Positions 1-11,961 of a DNA stretch of 64,000 nucleotides are shown piece after piece. The position numbers and the translations under genes are program-made. Positions within the stretch are counted from its first letter, which is position 1, and every line of letters begins with the position of its first letter. The DNA is from Mobula birostris (Eukaryota): assembly GCF_030028105.1 (NCBI RefSeq), contig NC_092376.1:126168230-126232229 (forward strand), read 5' to 3'. Below the pieces are notes generated by a model. The model worked only from the letters and a program-made list of their open reading frames with translations, was not told the DNA's origin and did no database searches.

Positions 1-2190
1 CAGCATTATCATGGAAAAGGATAGAGTTAGAGAGGACAGGAAAATTTTTAATTGGGGAAGGGCAAATTATGAGGCTATAAGGCTAGAACTTGCGGGTGTG
101 AAATGGGATGATGTTTTTGCAGGGAAATGTACTATGGACATGTGGTTGATGTTTAGAGATCTCTTGCAGGATGTTAGGGATAAATTTGTCCCAGTGAGGA
201 AGATCCGAGAATGGTAGGGTGAAGGAACCATGGGTGACAAGTGAGGTGGAAAATCTAGTCAGGTGGAAGAAGGCAGCGTACATGAAGTTTAGGAAGCAAG
301 GATCAGGTGGGTCTATTGAGGAATATAGGGAAGCAAGAAAGGAACTTAAGAAGGGGCTGAGAAGAGGAAGAAGGGGGCATGAGAAGGCATTGGTGAGTTG
401 GGTAAAGGAAAACCCCAAGGCATTCTTCAGTGATGTGAAGAACAAAAGGATGACAAGAGTGAAGGTAGGACCGATTAGAGATAAAGGTGGGAAGATGTGC
501 CTGGAGGCTGTGAAAGTGAGCGAGGTTCTCAATGAATACTTCTCTTCGGTATTCACCACTGAGAGGGAACTTGGTGACGGCAAGGACAATATGAGTGAGG
601 TTGATGTTCTGGAGCATGTTGATATTAAGGAAGAGGAGGTGTTGGAGTTGTTAAAATACATTAGGACGGACAAGTCCCTGGGACCTGATGGAATATTCCC
701 CAGGCTGCTCCATGAGGCAAGGGAAGAGATTGCTGAGCCTCTGGCTAGGATCTTTATGTCCTCGTTGTCTACGGGAATGGTACCGGAGGATTGGAGGGAG
801 GCGAATGTTGTCCCCTTGTTCAAAAGTAGTAGGGATAGTCCAGGTAATTATAGACCAGTGAGCCTTACATTTGTGGTGGGAAAGCTGTTGGAAAAGATTC
901 TTAGAGATAGGATATATGGGCATTTAGAGAATCATGGTCTGATCAGGGACAGTCAGCATGGCTTTGTAAAGGGCAGATCATGTCTAACGAGCCTGATAGA
1001 GTTCTTTGAGGAGGTGACCAGGTATATAGATAAGGGTAGTGCAGTGGATGTGATCTATATGGATTTTAGTAAGGCATTTGACAAGGTTTCACACGGTAAG
1101 CTTATTCAGAAAGTCAGAAGGCATGGGATCCAGGGAAGTTTGGCCAGGTGGATTCAGAATTGGCTTGCCTGCAGAAGGCAGAGGGTTGTGGTGGAGGGAG
1201 TACATTCGGATTGGAGGGTTGTGACTAGTGGTGTCCCACAAGGATGGGTTCTGGGACCTCTACTTTTTGTGATTTTTATTAAGGACCTGGATGTGGGGGT
1301 AGAAGGGTGGGTTGGCAAGTTTGCAGATGACACAAAGGTTGGTGGTGTTGTAGATAGTGTAGAGGATTGTCAAAGATTGCAGAGAGACATTGATAGGTTG
1401 CAGAAGTGGGCTAAGAAGTGGCAGATGGAGTTCAACCCGGAGAAGTGTGAGGTGGTACACTTTGGAAGGATTTACTTTGTACTCTGCCTTGAAGTAAATG
1501 GCAGGATACTTGGTAGTGTGGAGGAGCAGAGGGATCTCGGGGTACATGTCCACAGATTCCTGAAAGTTGCCTCACAGGTAGATAGGATAGTTAAGAAAGC
1601 TTATGGGGTGTTAGCTTTCATAAGTCGAGGGATAGAGTTTAAGAGTCGCGAGGTAATAATGCAGCTCTATAAAACTCTGGTTAGGCCACATTTGGAGTAC
1701 TGTGTCCAGTTCTGGTCGCCTCACTATAGGAAGGATGTGGAAGCATTGGAAAGGGTACAGAGGAGCTTCACCAGGATGCTGCCTGGTTTAGAGAGTATGG
1801 ATTATGATCAGAGATTAAGGGAGCTAGGGCCTTACTCTTTGGCGAGAAGGAGGATGAGAGGAGACATGATAGAGGTATACAAGGTATTAAAGGAATAGAT
1901 AGAGTGGATAGCCAGCGCCTCCTCCCCAGGGCACCACTGCTCAGTACAAGAGGACATGGCTTTACGGTAACAGGTGGAAAGTTCAAGGGGGATATTAGAG
2001 GAAGGTTTTTTACTCAGAGAGTGGTTGGTGCATGGAATGCACTGCCTGAGTCGGTGGTGGAGGCAGATACACTCGTGAAATTTAAGAGACTACTAGACAG
2101 GTATATGGAGGAACTTAATATGGGGGGTTATATGGGAGCAGGGTTTGAAGGTTGGCACAACAATGTGGGCCGAATATTATGCTCTATGTC
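1..2190 (+). mobile_element. CR1 LINE, ORF2 3' part (RT domain) with 3' end; disabled
   Basis: ORFs 11-217, 219-1898 and 1904-2194 form one RT split by frameshifts near 205-219 and 1895-1904. Motifs: NYRPVSLT, QHGF, YMDFSKAFDKV, GVPQG, FADD, RPHLEYCVQFW, FFTQRVV. Tail resembles (TTCTATG). Confidence 0.95.
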
Positions 2191-2619
2191 ATAATATTGT
2201 GATTCATTCATTTTCTGACTTCTATTATTGTAAATGTGATCACTTCAATAAAAATTAGAGGCTAACTCTGTTCATTGAGTTTGATTGCTAGAAACAGGCT
2301 AATAAAAATCAGGTGCAGTTGTGTAGCCTACATTTACAATTTGTTTTGTTAAGTCTACATTTGTTTCTGCTAATGTTGGATTTCAAATGGCTTGTTAATG
2401 GAAAAGCTGTGGCTCCCAAAACAATCTTAGCCAAAATAGCATAGTTTTTTTTCTCTCTCTCATCACAACTTTCCTGTAGCCTACTATTGTAAGTTAATAC
2501 CAATCATAAAAATAATGCTTGCTAGGCAGTCTTCTTTGTAAGAAATTAAATTCATTAAGTGAAACACCTTGTAGTTATAGCAGAGTCTGAGACACATGAG
2601 AGCAGGTTGAAATAACGAA

Positions 2620-2739
2620 GGCAACGAAAGCTGTGGGAGCACGCACACTTGGATTCGCGTGTGCACAACTGATCTGGCCCGCATGAAGTCGCATTTTGCC
2701 CAATCTGGCCCGTGACCTAAAATGAGTTTGACACCACTG
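2620..2739. mobile_element. hAT-type MITE terminal fragment
   Basis: Ends in gagtttgacaccactg (reverse complement CAGTGGTGTCAAACTC, a hAT-like TIR) with subterminal tctggcccg repeats. No partner end was seen. Confidence 0.5.
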
Positions 2740-3329
2740 ACGTAAAGGCTATGTGGCATTTAGTAAGAGTGCAATCTGAAGAACTGTTTGAGAATGGAAT
2801 TTTTGCTTTCATTTAATTTCAAACATACTTACATTCTTAAAAAAAATGCTCCATACCACCTCTTTCGTTTCCTAAATATTAGCTTAAGAAATGGAAGAGT
2901 AAGCTTGCCTACTTTAGAGAAGTGCTACAGTATACACTTGCAGATTTATATTTTAAATTCATATCATTAAGATCTTGAATTGTTCCATGTTACAACTCCT
3001 GTATTTACTAAGACTTCATTCTTTATGTCATCGGCTGTTTGAGATTTAAGTGATTTCTGTGTTTTCCACTGTTTTGCAACACAGTACACTGCTTGCTGTA
3101 GAGAATTAATGGCTGAACCTCTACACTTCACATGTTTATATCAGACATTTTAATGACTGTAGCTTCACATCATCAGAGGTTGTATTAACTTGATCTCAGC
3201 AAATCAGATCTACAATAACTGATGCAAACCAGGTACTTAACTGTGTAGTAGGAACAGCTCAGATGAATCCATTGTCTGTTTCTAGAAATCAAATGTATTC
3301 AGTGCAAAACATTCCTAATCAAAAATGTA

Positions 3330-3690
3330 CACCCAAATACCCCAGATGATATGCTAGTGGAGCAATTAATGCTGTGTCCCTCTTGGTTCCAGGGACTTGA
3401 ATTCAGTCCTGACTTTGAGTGCATTCTGTCTGGAACAGCTGTTTTCCAGATGATCATATTGGTTTCTCTGGGTGCTCCAATTTCCTCTAACATCACAAAG
3501 ATTAAATAGCTAAGTTAATTAGCTGTTTTAAATTGCCCCTAGTGCTGGCAAGCCCAAAGTGATTGGGGGTGGGGAGGGGGCATGGTTAATGGGCATGAGA
3601 ATGAAACATTGCAGAATGACATGAAATTGCTCTGCTGGAAGCTTTTGCAGACAGTGGGCTGAATGATAGCTTCATTAAAGATATAAGAAA
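3330..3690 (+). mobile_element. Degenerate V-SINE/HE1-like SINE
   Basis: Core ggtttctctgggtgctccaatttcctc...aaattgcccctagtg resembles the copy at 4155. Confidence 0.5.
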
Positions 3691-4154
3691 AGGCAAAAAC
3701 AATTCATGGATATATTCATTCCCTCCCATTTGCAAATTCTAGATAAATATTTTTTTTAAGACTTTTGACCTTTTGAGCTCCTAGATCTGAGGTTATTGTA
3801 ATAAGGATTTTCATTATCTTTCCTAATAAAATCCTGAGGTTGCATCTGTTTGAAATGCCCCCATCCTCCTCTATGTTTGGGCCTTTGCCCTTCTGTTTTA
3901 AGCGGCTTGAACTTGATCTTTTGCTGAATCTGATCTGTTATGAGTATCATAAAAAAATTAAAGGAAATAGTTAATTTATTCAGTAATATGTCTACGTATG
4001 TCAGGTTTACCACATTGACTTCTAGTGAGATTATGAAAATAAAATTTTTACTGCAGGGGGCTGGGAACAAGAGCAGTGGGTTTCTGAGTAGAAGGATATA
4101 GGGGAAAGTAGAGCTTGGATCAAGTAAAGCTGAAATGAAGAGCAGGCAAGTCAA

Positions 4155-4453
4155 GTTACGTTAGCATAGCAGTTAACACAACACTATTACAGTTCAGCAC
4201 ACTCTGGAGTTTGGAGTTGAACTCTGGCACCAGCGCCATCTGTAAGGAGCTTGTATGTTCTCCCTGTAGCTGCGTTGGTTTCCTCCAGGTGCTCTGGATT
4301 CCTCCCACAATCCAGAGACACACCAGTTAGGTTAATTGGCCATTGTAAATTGTTGTGTGATTAGGCTAGTGTTAAATAGGTGGGTTGCTAGGTGATGCAA
4401 CTTGAGGGTTAGAGGGGCCTGTCCTGCAAAGTATCTCTAAATAAAATAAATAA
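4155..4453 (+). mobile_element. V-SINE/HE1-like SINE
   Basis: tRNA-like head, central ggagcttgtatgttctccctgt...gtttcctccaggtgctctgg...cctcccaca domain, and (TAAA)n tail. Confidence 0.75.
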
Positions 4454-4454
4454 C

Positions 4455-6470
4455 GTTTAATGAACAAGGTGGGACTGATAGAAGTGTGATCATTTCAATA
4501 GGAGTATTACAGATAGGGCAGTGAGAAGCTTTTGTTCATTCATGGAACTACAGTGTTGTAAACATTACAAATACTTTATTGAGGAAAAGGGCTTGATACA
4601 TTCCAGGATTGGGGTGTTTCAGATATTGGAGGGAAAGGAGATGGGGGAATTGCAGTATTGATCAGGGAGAATGTCACAGCAGCAATTGGAGAGGCATCCT
4701 GCAGTGCTCATCTCATTTCGTAAGGAATTGTGGTAGACCTCAGGAATAAAAAAAGATGCTGTCATCATGAGGAAATTATACTATTCTTAATGGCCAGCAG
4801 GAGAGAGGAAAGAGTTGTCAACAGATTATGGAGGACAGAATAGTTGTAGTGGGTGACTTCAATTTCCACAACATTGACTAGGAGTCTTTACGACACAGGT
4901 TTGGAATAGGGCATAGTTTGTTGGGTGCATTAGGAGGATTTCTTAACAAAAGAACCACATATAACATTTAGGAATCTGAAATCAGACAAAGCCTGTGAAG
5001 GAAAAGAAGGAACCAGGAGAGAGATTCAAAATATGACTGAATGGTGCCACAACAACCTCTTATTCAATGTCTGTAAAACTAAGGAGCGGATTATTGACTT
5101 CGGGAAGAGGTAATCGGGTGTCCATGAGCTATTCCTCATCAGAGGTGGAGAGGGTCAGCAACTTCAGATTCCTTATTTCGGAGGATCTATCCTGGGCCCA
5201 GCACACAAGTACAATGAAGAAGAAAGCACGGCAGCACCTCTACTTTCCTAGGAGTTTGCAAAGATTTGGCGTGACATTTAAAATTTTGACAAACTTTTAT
5301 AGATGTGTTGTGGAGAGTATATTGATTGGTTGCATCACAAAAAGTAGTGCATATCGAGTAAAGGTCTCCCCCACCATTGAGCACATCTACACAGTGTTGT
5401 TGCAGGAAAGCGTCGGGGTCCTCCACCACCCAGGTCATGCTCTCTGCTCACTGAAGCTCTCAGGAAGAAGGTACAGGAGCCTCGGGTCTCACCACCACCA
5501 GATTACCCCTCAACCATCAGGCCCTTGAACTAAAAGGGATAACTTCACTGAACTTCCCTTGCCCCATCGCTGAAATGTTCCCACTACCTATGGACTCACT
5601 TTCAAGGACTCTTCATTTCATGTTCTCAATATTTATTGCTTATTTACTTACTATTTCTTTTTGTATTTGTACAGTTTGTTGCCTTTTGCACAATGATTGA
5701 ACTCCCAGTTCGTGTGGTTTTTCATTGATTCTATTATGGTTATACTTCTGTAGTGGATTTGAGTATGCCCACAAGAAAATGAATCTCAGGATAGTATATA
5801 GTAACATGTATGTGATAATAAATTTACTTTGAACTTTGAGAGAACTTAGCAGAGAGTCAGGAAAGATCAGGAGGGGCTGTGAAGTGTCCTTAGCAAGTAG
5901 GGTGTAAAGACATTTAGTACATATATTAAGAGCAAGAATGTACCTCGAGAGGCAGAAACACTGAAGGACAAAGGGAGGAATTTACGTTTAAAGTCAGGGG
6001 AAGTGGGTGGGTTATTAAATGAGTACTTTCCATCTGTAATTACTGGGAGAAGGGCATGAATGTAGTGAGATTGATGGGGAAAGATTATGTTCATATTTTA
6101 GGCCATATTGATGTCAAGAAGGAGATGGTGTTGGAGCACATTTAAAAACATCAGGTTAGATAAGTTCCAAAGGCCTAATTAGATTCATCCCAAGTTATTA
6201 AGAGATGAGATTTGCTGGGGCCTTAAGGCATAACTTTTTATCATCTTTAGTCAGAGGACTGGAGAGCAGCCAAAGATGTTCCTCTTTAAGACGAGCAATG
6301 GAAACGAAACAGGAAATTATAGGCCAGCAAACCTCTATCAGTGTTGGAGAAATTATTGAAAAAGATACTTGTGGATAGAATCTATTCTCATCTAGAAAAG
6401 CATGGCTTTGTGCAGAGGATATGTTTACATTTTTTTAAGGAAGTGACAAAGATGATTGAGGACAAATCTG
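4455..6470 (+). mobile_element. Old CR1 ORF2 relic (APE and RT N-terminal part), interrupted by a Rex-like LINE
   Basis: VVVGDFNFHNID at ~4843-4878 and aattataggccagc (NYRP) at ~6315, with many stops. The block ~5020-5838 is a different element. Confidence 0.7.
5020..5838 (+). mobile_element. Rex1/Babar-like LINE 3' fragment
   Basis: VERVSNFRFL, KKARQHLYF.R.L, NFYRCVVESIL, SGRRYRS; tail aataaatttactttgaactttga. Confidence 0.8.
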
Positions 6471-7679
6471 TAAGTCATTTTAGAATTTTGAAGAAATAGA
6501 TCCGGTAGTAACATTGTTGTAGCAGAGTATCCATATATATAGTAAATACTATGGTTTATGTAAGCAAATTTCATATTATAAGTGTATGACAACCAGTATT
6601 GCCAGTCAGTTTGAAGCATTGGTGTAGAGAAATTGGGTTAATTTCCTGATGAGCGGTTTTTTTGTGGCATTTTGTAAAATAAGACACACGGTATCCTAAT
6701 TTTTTTTTTTGGAAATGAGTTGTCAATGAAATCTCAGATAATTTAAACTTCAAAACTGTGAGAATGATCTGACATAGAAGAACTATAAAATGGAGTTAAA
6801 AATATCCAAAAACATGACATAATTAGAACTAGAGTTGTGAAGGAAAGTAGGCTTATTTATTGGTCTTGGCTGTATTAGACATGAGCAGTTATACTTTTTG
6901 TAAATAGAAGTCCATTAAGCAAAAAGGTTGCATTCGTGACTGAGATACTTGTTTTTTAAATTTCTTTACAGAATCTCATTCCTTGGTATCATCCATCTGA
7001 GGAACAAATATAGTCAGATTATAGATATTGATCTTTGTTTATCTTCAGTGGTGATAACTTTGTACATCTGGTGAAATTTTAGCATTTTAAAATACAATGC
7101 TTTTTTATATAAATCAGTACTGTATTTGCCCAAAATAATTTTGCTTCCAGCAAAATCAGAAATCCTGAATGCACCTGCATTCAAATTTTATGTTTGTTCT
7201 TGTTCTGTATATTAGGACTAGAAATCTTCAATTGTCTTGATTTGTAAATGCTAAGGGGTAAATTTACATGCAGTATGTCGTACTCTCAGTGAGGAGACAT
7301 GTTTAAATTAGGGTCAACCAAAGAAAGAACTTCAGCATAATAGCATCAAATCATCAAGCTTCAATCATTACACTGGTGAATTTTATCTGTAATTTATGCT
7401 TACTATGACTTTTTTTTTCTCAAGAATTATACTGGAGCAGCTATTTCATGTTGAGTTGAGATAAAATAAAATTTCTTCTTTACATTGGTATTGAAAATTA
7501 ATTGCAATTTTATCAATTTTTGTAAATAGAAATCCATTAACCAAGAAGGTTGCACTTTTGATTGAGATATTTGTTTTTGCCCATTTTTGTGTCGTTTTAG
7601 AGACGCAAAATCTTTTTTTTATTGGATGTTCATCTATTTGTGTTTTCATCCACTTGTAACTCGTTTCCTTCATACTTGG

Positions 7680-8065
7680 AGTTTCATTTGTTCATTATGT
7701 GTTGTGTCATATGACATGAGTGTTCATGGTCTTTCCGTGACCATGATTGTTCCTGGCAATTTTTTCTATAGAAGTGGCTTGCCTTTGCCACCTTCTGGGC
7801 AGTGTTTTTTACAAAACTGGTGACCCCAGCGATTATCAATACTCTTAAGAAGATCGTCTGCTTGGTGTCAGTGGCCACATAACCAGGATATGATATAAAC
7901 TCACTGCTCATACGATCATCCACCACCTGCTCCCATAGCTTCATGTGACCCAGATTTGGGGGAGGGGGGCGCTGGGGTTTAAGCAGGTGCTACACATTGC
8001 AGGCTAGTGGAGGGAGGGAGGGCCTTACACTTCCTTTGGTAGAGACGTATCTCCACTCCACCATC
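7680..8065. repeat. Interspersed SINE/RTE-related repeat
   Basis: GC-richer block containing gaagtggcttgcctttgcc, which resembles RTE/Bov-A-related ends. Family uncertain. Confidence 0.35.
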
Positions 8066-8159
8066 TCCTTTGCAGTATTCCATTCTTAAAAACTTGATAA
8101 AATGTGTGGTGTCAGATTGAAAGACCTATATTAAGACAGCAGTAAGACACTTTCAAGGT

Positions 8160-8260
8160 AAAATAGGCTGCAGATGCTGGAATCTAGAACAAAAACAGAA
8201 AACCTGGCAGAAAGTGTTTGGTCAGTATTTTAGATTGAGACCCTACATCAGGACTGAGAG
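8160..8260 (-). mobile_element. Penelope-like terminal (pLTR) fragment with degenerate hammerhead
   Basis: ctgcagatgctggaatc head; minus strand reads agtcCTGATGTagggtctcaatctAAAAtact. Confidence 0.6.
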
Positions 8261-8861
8261 GGAACAGGAACAATTGCTAGGATTTAGCTGTGACCAGCAG
8301 TTGGATAAAGGCTGGTAGGTGATTGAGGGGGATTCTAATGGAGTTTAATGGGGGCGGAGATGATGGTTAGATAGAAGCAGGTGTGGTCGAGAGGATAGGA
8401 AGACTGAACAATAGGAGAAGGAAACTAGCTAGATACGAGTGTTAGTCACTGTAAGTGTACGCACGCACATACAGACACCCACCCCTGCCCATTAACTCCT
8501 CCCCATATTCAGCCCCTTCACTCTCATTATCTAGTTCCACGTGCCCATCTCAACAACTTATGCCTTTTGCCTCCTTGGGTGTTGGTTGACCTGAGCTTAA
8601 CTGTTTTGTTTTTGTTCTGTGTCTTTGTTCTAAAGTGGATTATTTACTTATTTCAATATTCAGTGATGTAAAAATAACTTCTGTTATAATTTTCAAGAAT
8701 GATGTATTCCTAACATATTCATTTAAATCAGATATTTTTAAGAGATTTCATGCCATTCATGTTGCCTATGATGATGTGTTTAACTTAGCCAGACAACTCT
8801 AGGACTGAGTTAATTATTTCACCAGAAAGTTTTAGTTATGAACACTTCTCTCCTGCTGTAG

Positions 8862-8932
8862 ACTCAAAAGGTAGTGCACAAAATCCTATCTAGAAAAAAC
8901 AAAACCTGCATCAGCTAAAGACAAGATAGACG
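8862..8932 (+). other. Candidate upstream exon of the KIAA0232-like gene (possibly 5' UTR)
   Basis: Acceptor cttctctcctgctgtag and donor CG|gtaagt. The phase-1 end fits the phase-1 start at 11962, but all three frames from 8862 contain a stop. Confidence 0.45.
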
Positions 8933-11900
8933 GTAAGTAGCCTGGTAGGCATAAGAAAGGGTGAGAATTAGGGCTGTACCTTAATCAGATGATGGAATAA
9001 CTTGTAAAGGTGGTGAAAAACCTCATTTGAGGCCAAGGTTTTCGTTGGAGGCCTTGGTGGGTTTTAGGATAAGCAGCCGCCTCAGGTTTTAATGAATGAG
9101 CCTAAAGCAGTACTAGAGGTGAAGTTGGGGGAGGAGCAATCAAAGCCTAAATAGGGACTTAACCTGACACAAGTCTGACACCTCTTTTGCAACACAAAAC
9201 ATGGTTGTTCCAAGGATTGCTTATTCTAAGGTTTTATGAAAATGTTTCACACCACCGTATGTATCAATAGCTCAGAAATTATGTTAGGATGTAAGAAGGG
9301 CTTGCGCCCATTTGAACTTCTGAAGTGATACAAGATGTCCTTGAAATAGTCTTTATTGCATATCTGAAAAAATATCAATTCTCAGTTTCACAATACTGAA
9401 AAAGTGCTTAGCTTAGCAATGAATAAAGGTTTATCTATCTAGGAATGTTCAATTAATGCATTTCAGTTTCTTCATGCAACAAAACTGAATAATTGTTTTC
9501 ACTTTACTAGAGTAGGAAGAAATGGCAGCAGTTCTGACTGTCTGTGATTGTAGAGCAGGGAGTAGTTTGAAGTAAGTGGTTGTGGTTCAGTGATTTCTGC
9601 TGCTTCATTCTCCCCACCACAGGTGTTCAAGCAACCCTCACTCCCTGCTGCTGTGCCATCTTCATCTTTAGCACATACTCAATAGCCTGTCCACCTGTTT
9701 AAGCTCAGTTGAGTCAAGTGCAGTTGCTGCAAGTTCTTTAACTTTCCTCAATGTGTGCACTGGCATGGTTCCTGTGAGATTTTCATTTTATGGCCGTGAG
9801 ATTCCAAAATATTAAAAACAGTCCATGGGAAACTTAGCCACTCATTAAGACTTGGCATGTATATAATGCTAAGAGACATGTTTTTAGTAAGTTAATTTGT
9901 GAAGTTTTTAAAAGTTAGTTTACACTAAAATTGAAGTAAATTATAGACTTAATGGATCTGAACTTTATCAAAATTGTAATTGCTGTTACTACAACATGTT
10001 ATATGGGTACTTGGTGTTTAAAAATGTACCATATCTCTTCATTCCTTCAAGCCAGTATTCAGTAAAGTTACTGGTCTGAGATATTGGCATCAAATCTCAA
10101 TGAGCAATTTAATATTTGCTCATTTCTTCCAATTTTTTTTTAAAGTTTGTTATCCTTTAAATCACATGCGACCGGGTTTGTAGTTTACTAATCGTATTTG
10201 GTTAACTGCCAAACAGGAACATTAGCAAGACTTGATAGAAAATCTTTAGTCATCATTTTCAACACACTTCACATCATCATTTTTGTTTATTTTAAGCACA
10301 CTACTCTATAACAAGTGGAAAGCAATTTTTTATTCCATCACACCATCTTCAGTGTGAGAAAGTGCTTTAAATTATTGCGTTTAATATATTGACCTTTACC
10401 TAGGCATGTCAGATGATTGTTGTTTCTGCATTCAGCCATTCCTGGCCAGGTTACACACATCTCTCACATTGCTACATTACCTGGTGTATATGTGAATCTA
10501 ACATGACTTGCATAGCTAACTCCAGAGAGCTGACATTATGCTTTTCCTTTTAGAAGGCCCAGCCAACATTTTCCTTTCAATACGTATAGAATTTAATGGC
10601 TGACCTTTATATTTCAAAAGTGTGTGTGTGTATATATACATATAGCATTTTCAGTATTTACTTGCTCTATATTTATATAAACTTACTCAAATTGTCATAT
10701 AAAGCCTATCTTGTTACATTGATGTTCTTCGCTGGTGTGTCTTCAGACCCATAGGAATATCTTCTAAAATAGTTCATCAAGCCAATTTATTTAAGGGGCA
10801 ATTAGTCCCAAGCAAAATTGTTCATCCCTAAAAACAAAGTGATTGAATCTGAAATGTGTTTGGTCCTTGTCTTCAGAGGCTGCATTTGTCTTCTTAAAAA
10901 CGGGAAAACTAGTAAATGGCCTTTTTTTTTGTGTGTGTAGTGGCTGAATTGTGATCATTGGTAAACATTTTCATCTTGTATTCATTTCACAACTACACTA
11001 GGTCACAATCTTACCCAGAATTCATGGATACATTTTGGTTGTGATTATCAGCATGAAAACAAACCGATTTATTTCAATTTAGTGACACAGTGATACAGCT
11101 AGCAGAGCTGCCTCCTCATAGCACTACTGGCCTAAGCTCAATTCTATGGAGGCGAATGGACACTCAGTGTTCCATAAATGCTGACTGACCAGCTAAGTGC
11201 CTCCAGCTTTTCATGCATTGTTCCAGATTCCAGCATTTGTTGTCTCCTGTGGTCCCAGGTTTGATTCTGATCTCCATTGCTGTCTGCTTAGAATTAGCTC
11301 ATTTTTCCTGTCACTGCATTATTTCTTATGGCTACTTCAGATTTCTCCACATCCCAACGCTATGTGGCTTGGTAGATTGGACATGCTACGTTGTTCCTAG
11401 AGCATGGTGGAGCAGTAGAACTTGTGGGTATGGTGGCAGTAGGTTGGTTTGAAGGAAATCTTGGGAAAATAAAATAAGATAAATGTAACTCAGTATTTCA
11501 TGGTTGGCACATACAATGTAGGCCAAAGGGCCTATTTCTGTGCTGTATGACTCTAGTTTTTTGATCTAATTGCAGTACCTGCACATTCCAACCAATGATA
11601 AACAGAATATGATTAACTAAACTGGCATAAGTATGTATCAGACAGATAAATGGTTTTTGTTTTCTACTTGATGATCAATTTCTCTATTAAGCCATACAAA
11701 AAGGTGTTCTTACTTTTGGAAATGAAACTTAACATCTGTTATATCCTTATTTTTAGGTTAAAAATAAAGCAATTCCACAATTCGCTGAGAAAATTCCTGC
11801 TTGATCATAAGGAAGAACGACTTGGGGGGGGGGGAAATCTGAGGTGCTTTTTTTTGCAAGTCAAGGTGTAGATTATACACCAGAATAGAAGAACAAATCA

Positions 11901-11961
11901 AGTTTCACAAGAAACCGTCTTTTTATTTTTCCAGTGCAATTAATCTTGGTTATTTTTCAAG

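Noticed and set aside
83-823. 246-aa minus-strand ORF, and similar ORFs at 36431-36964, 35048-35752 and 53006-53365
   Set aside because: Antisense shadows of CR1 or Gypsy coding regions.
8698-8800. NDVFL after an AG, resembling KIAA0232 ENDIFL
   Set aside because: Only five residues match, a stop follows, and there is no good donor. Chance is likely.
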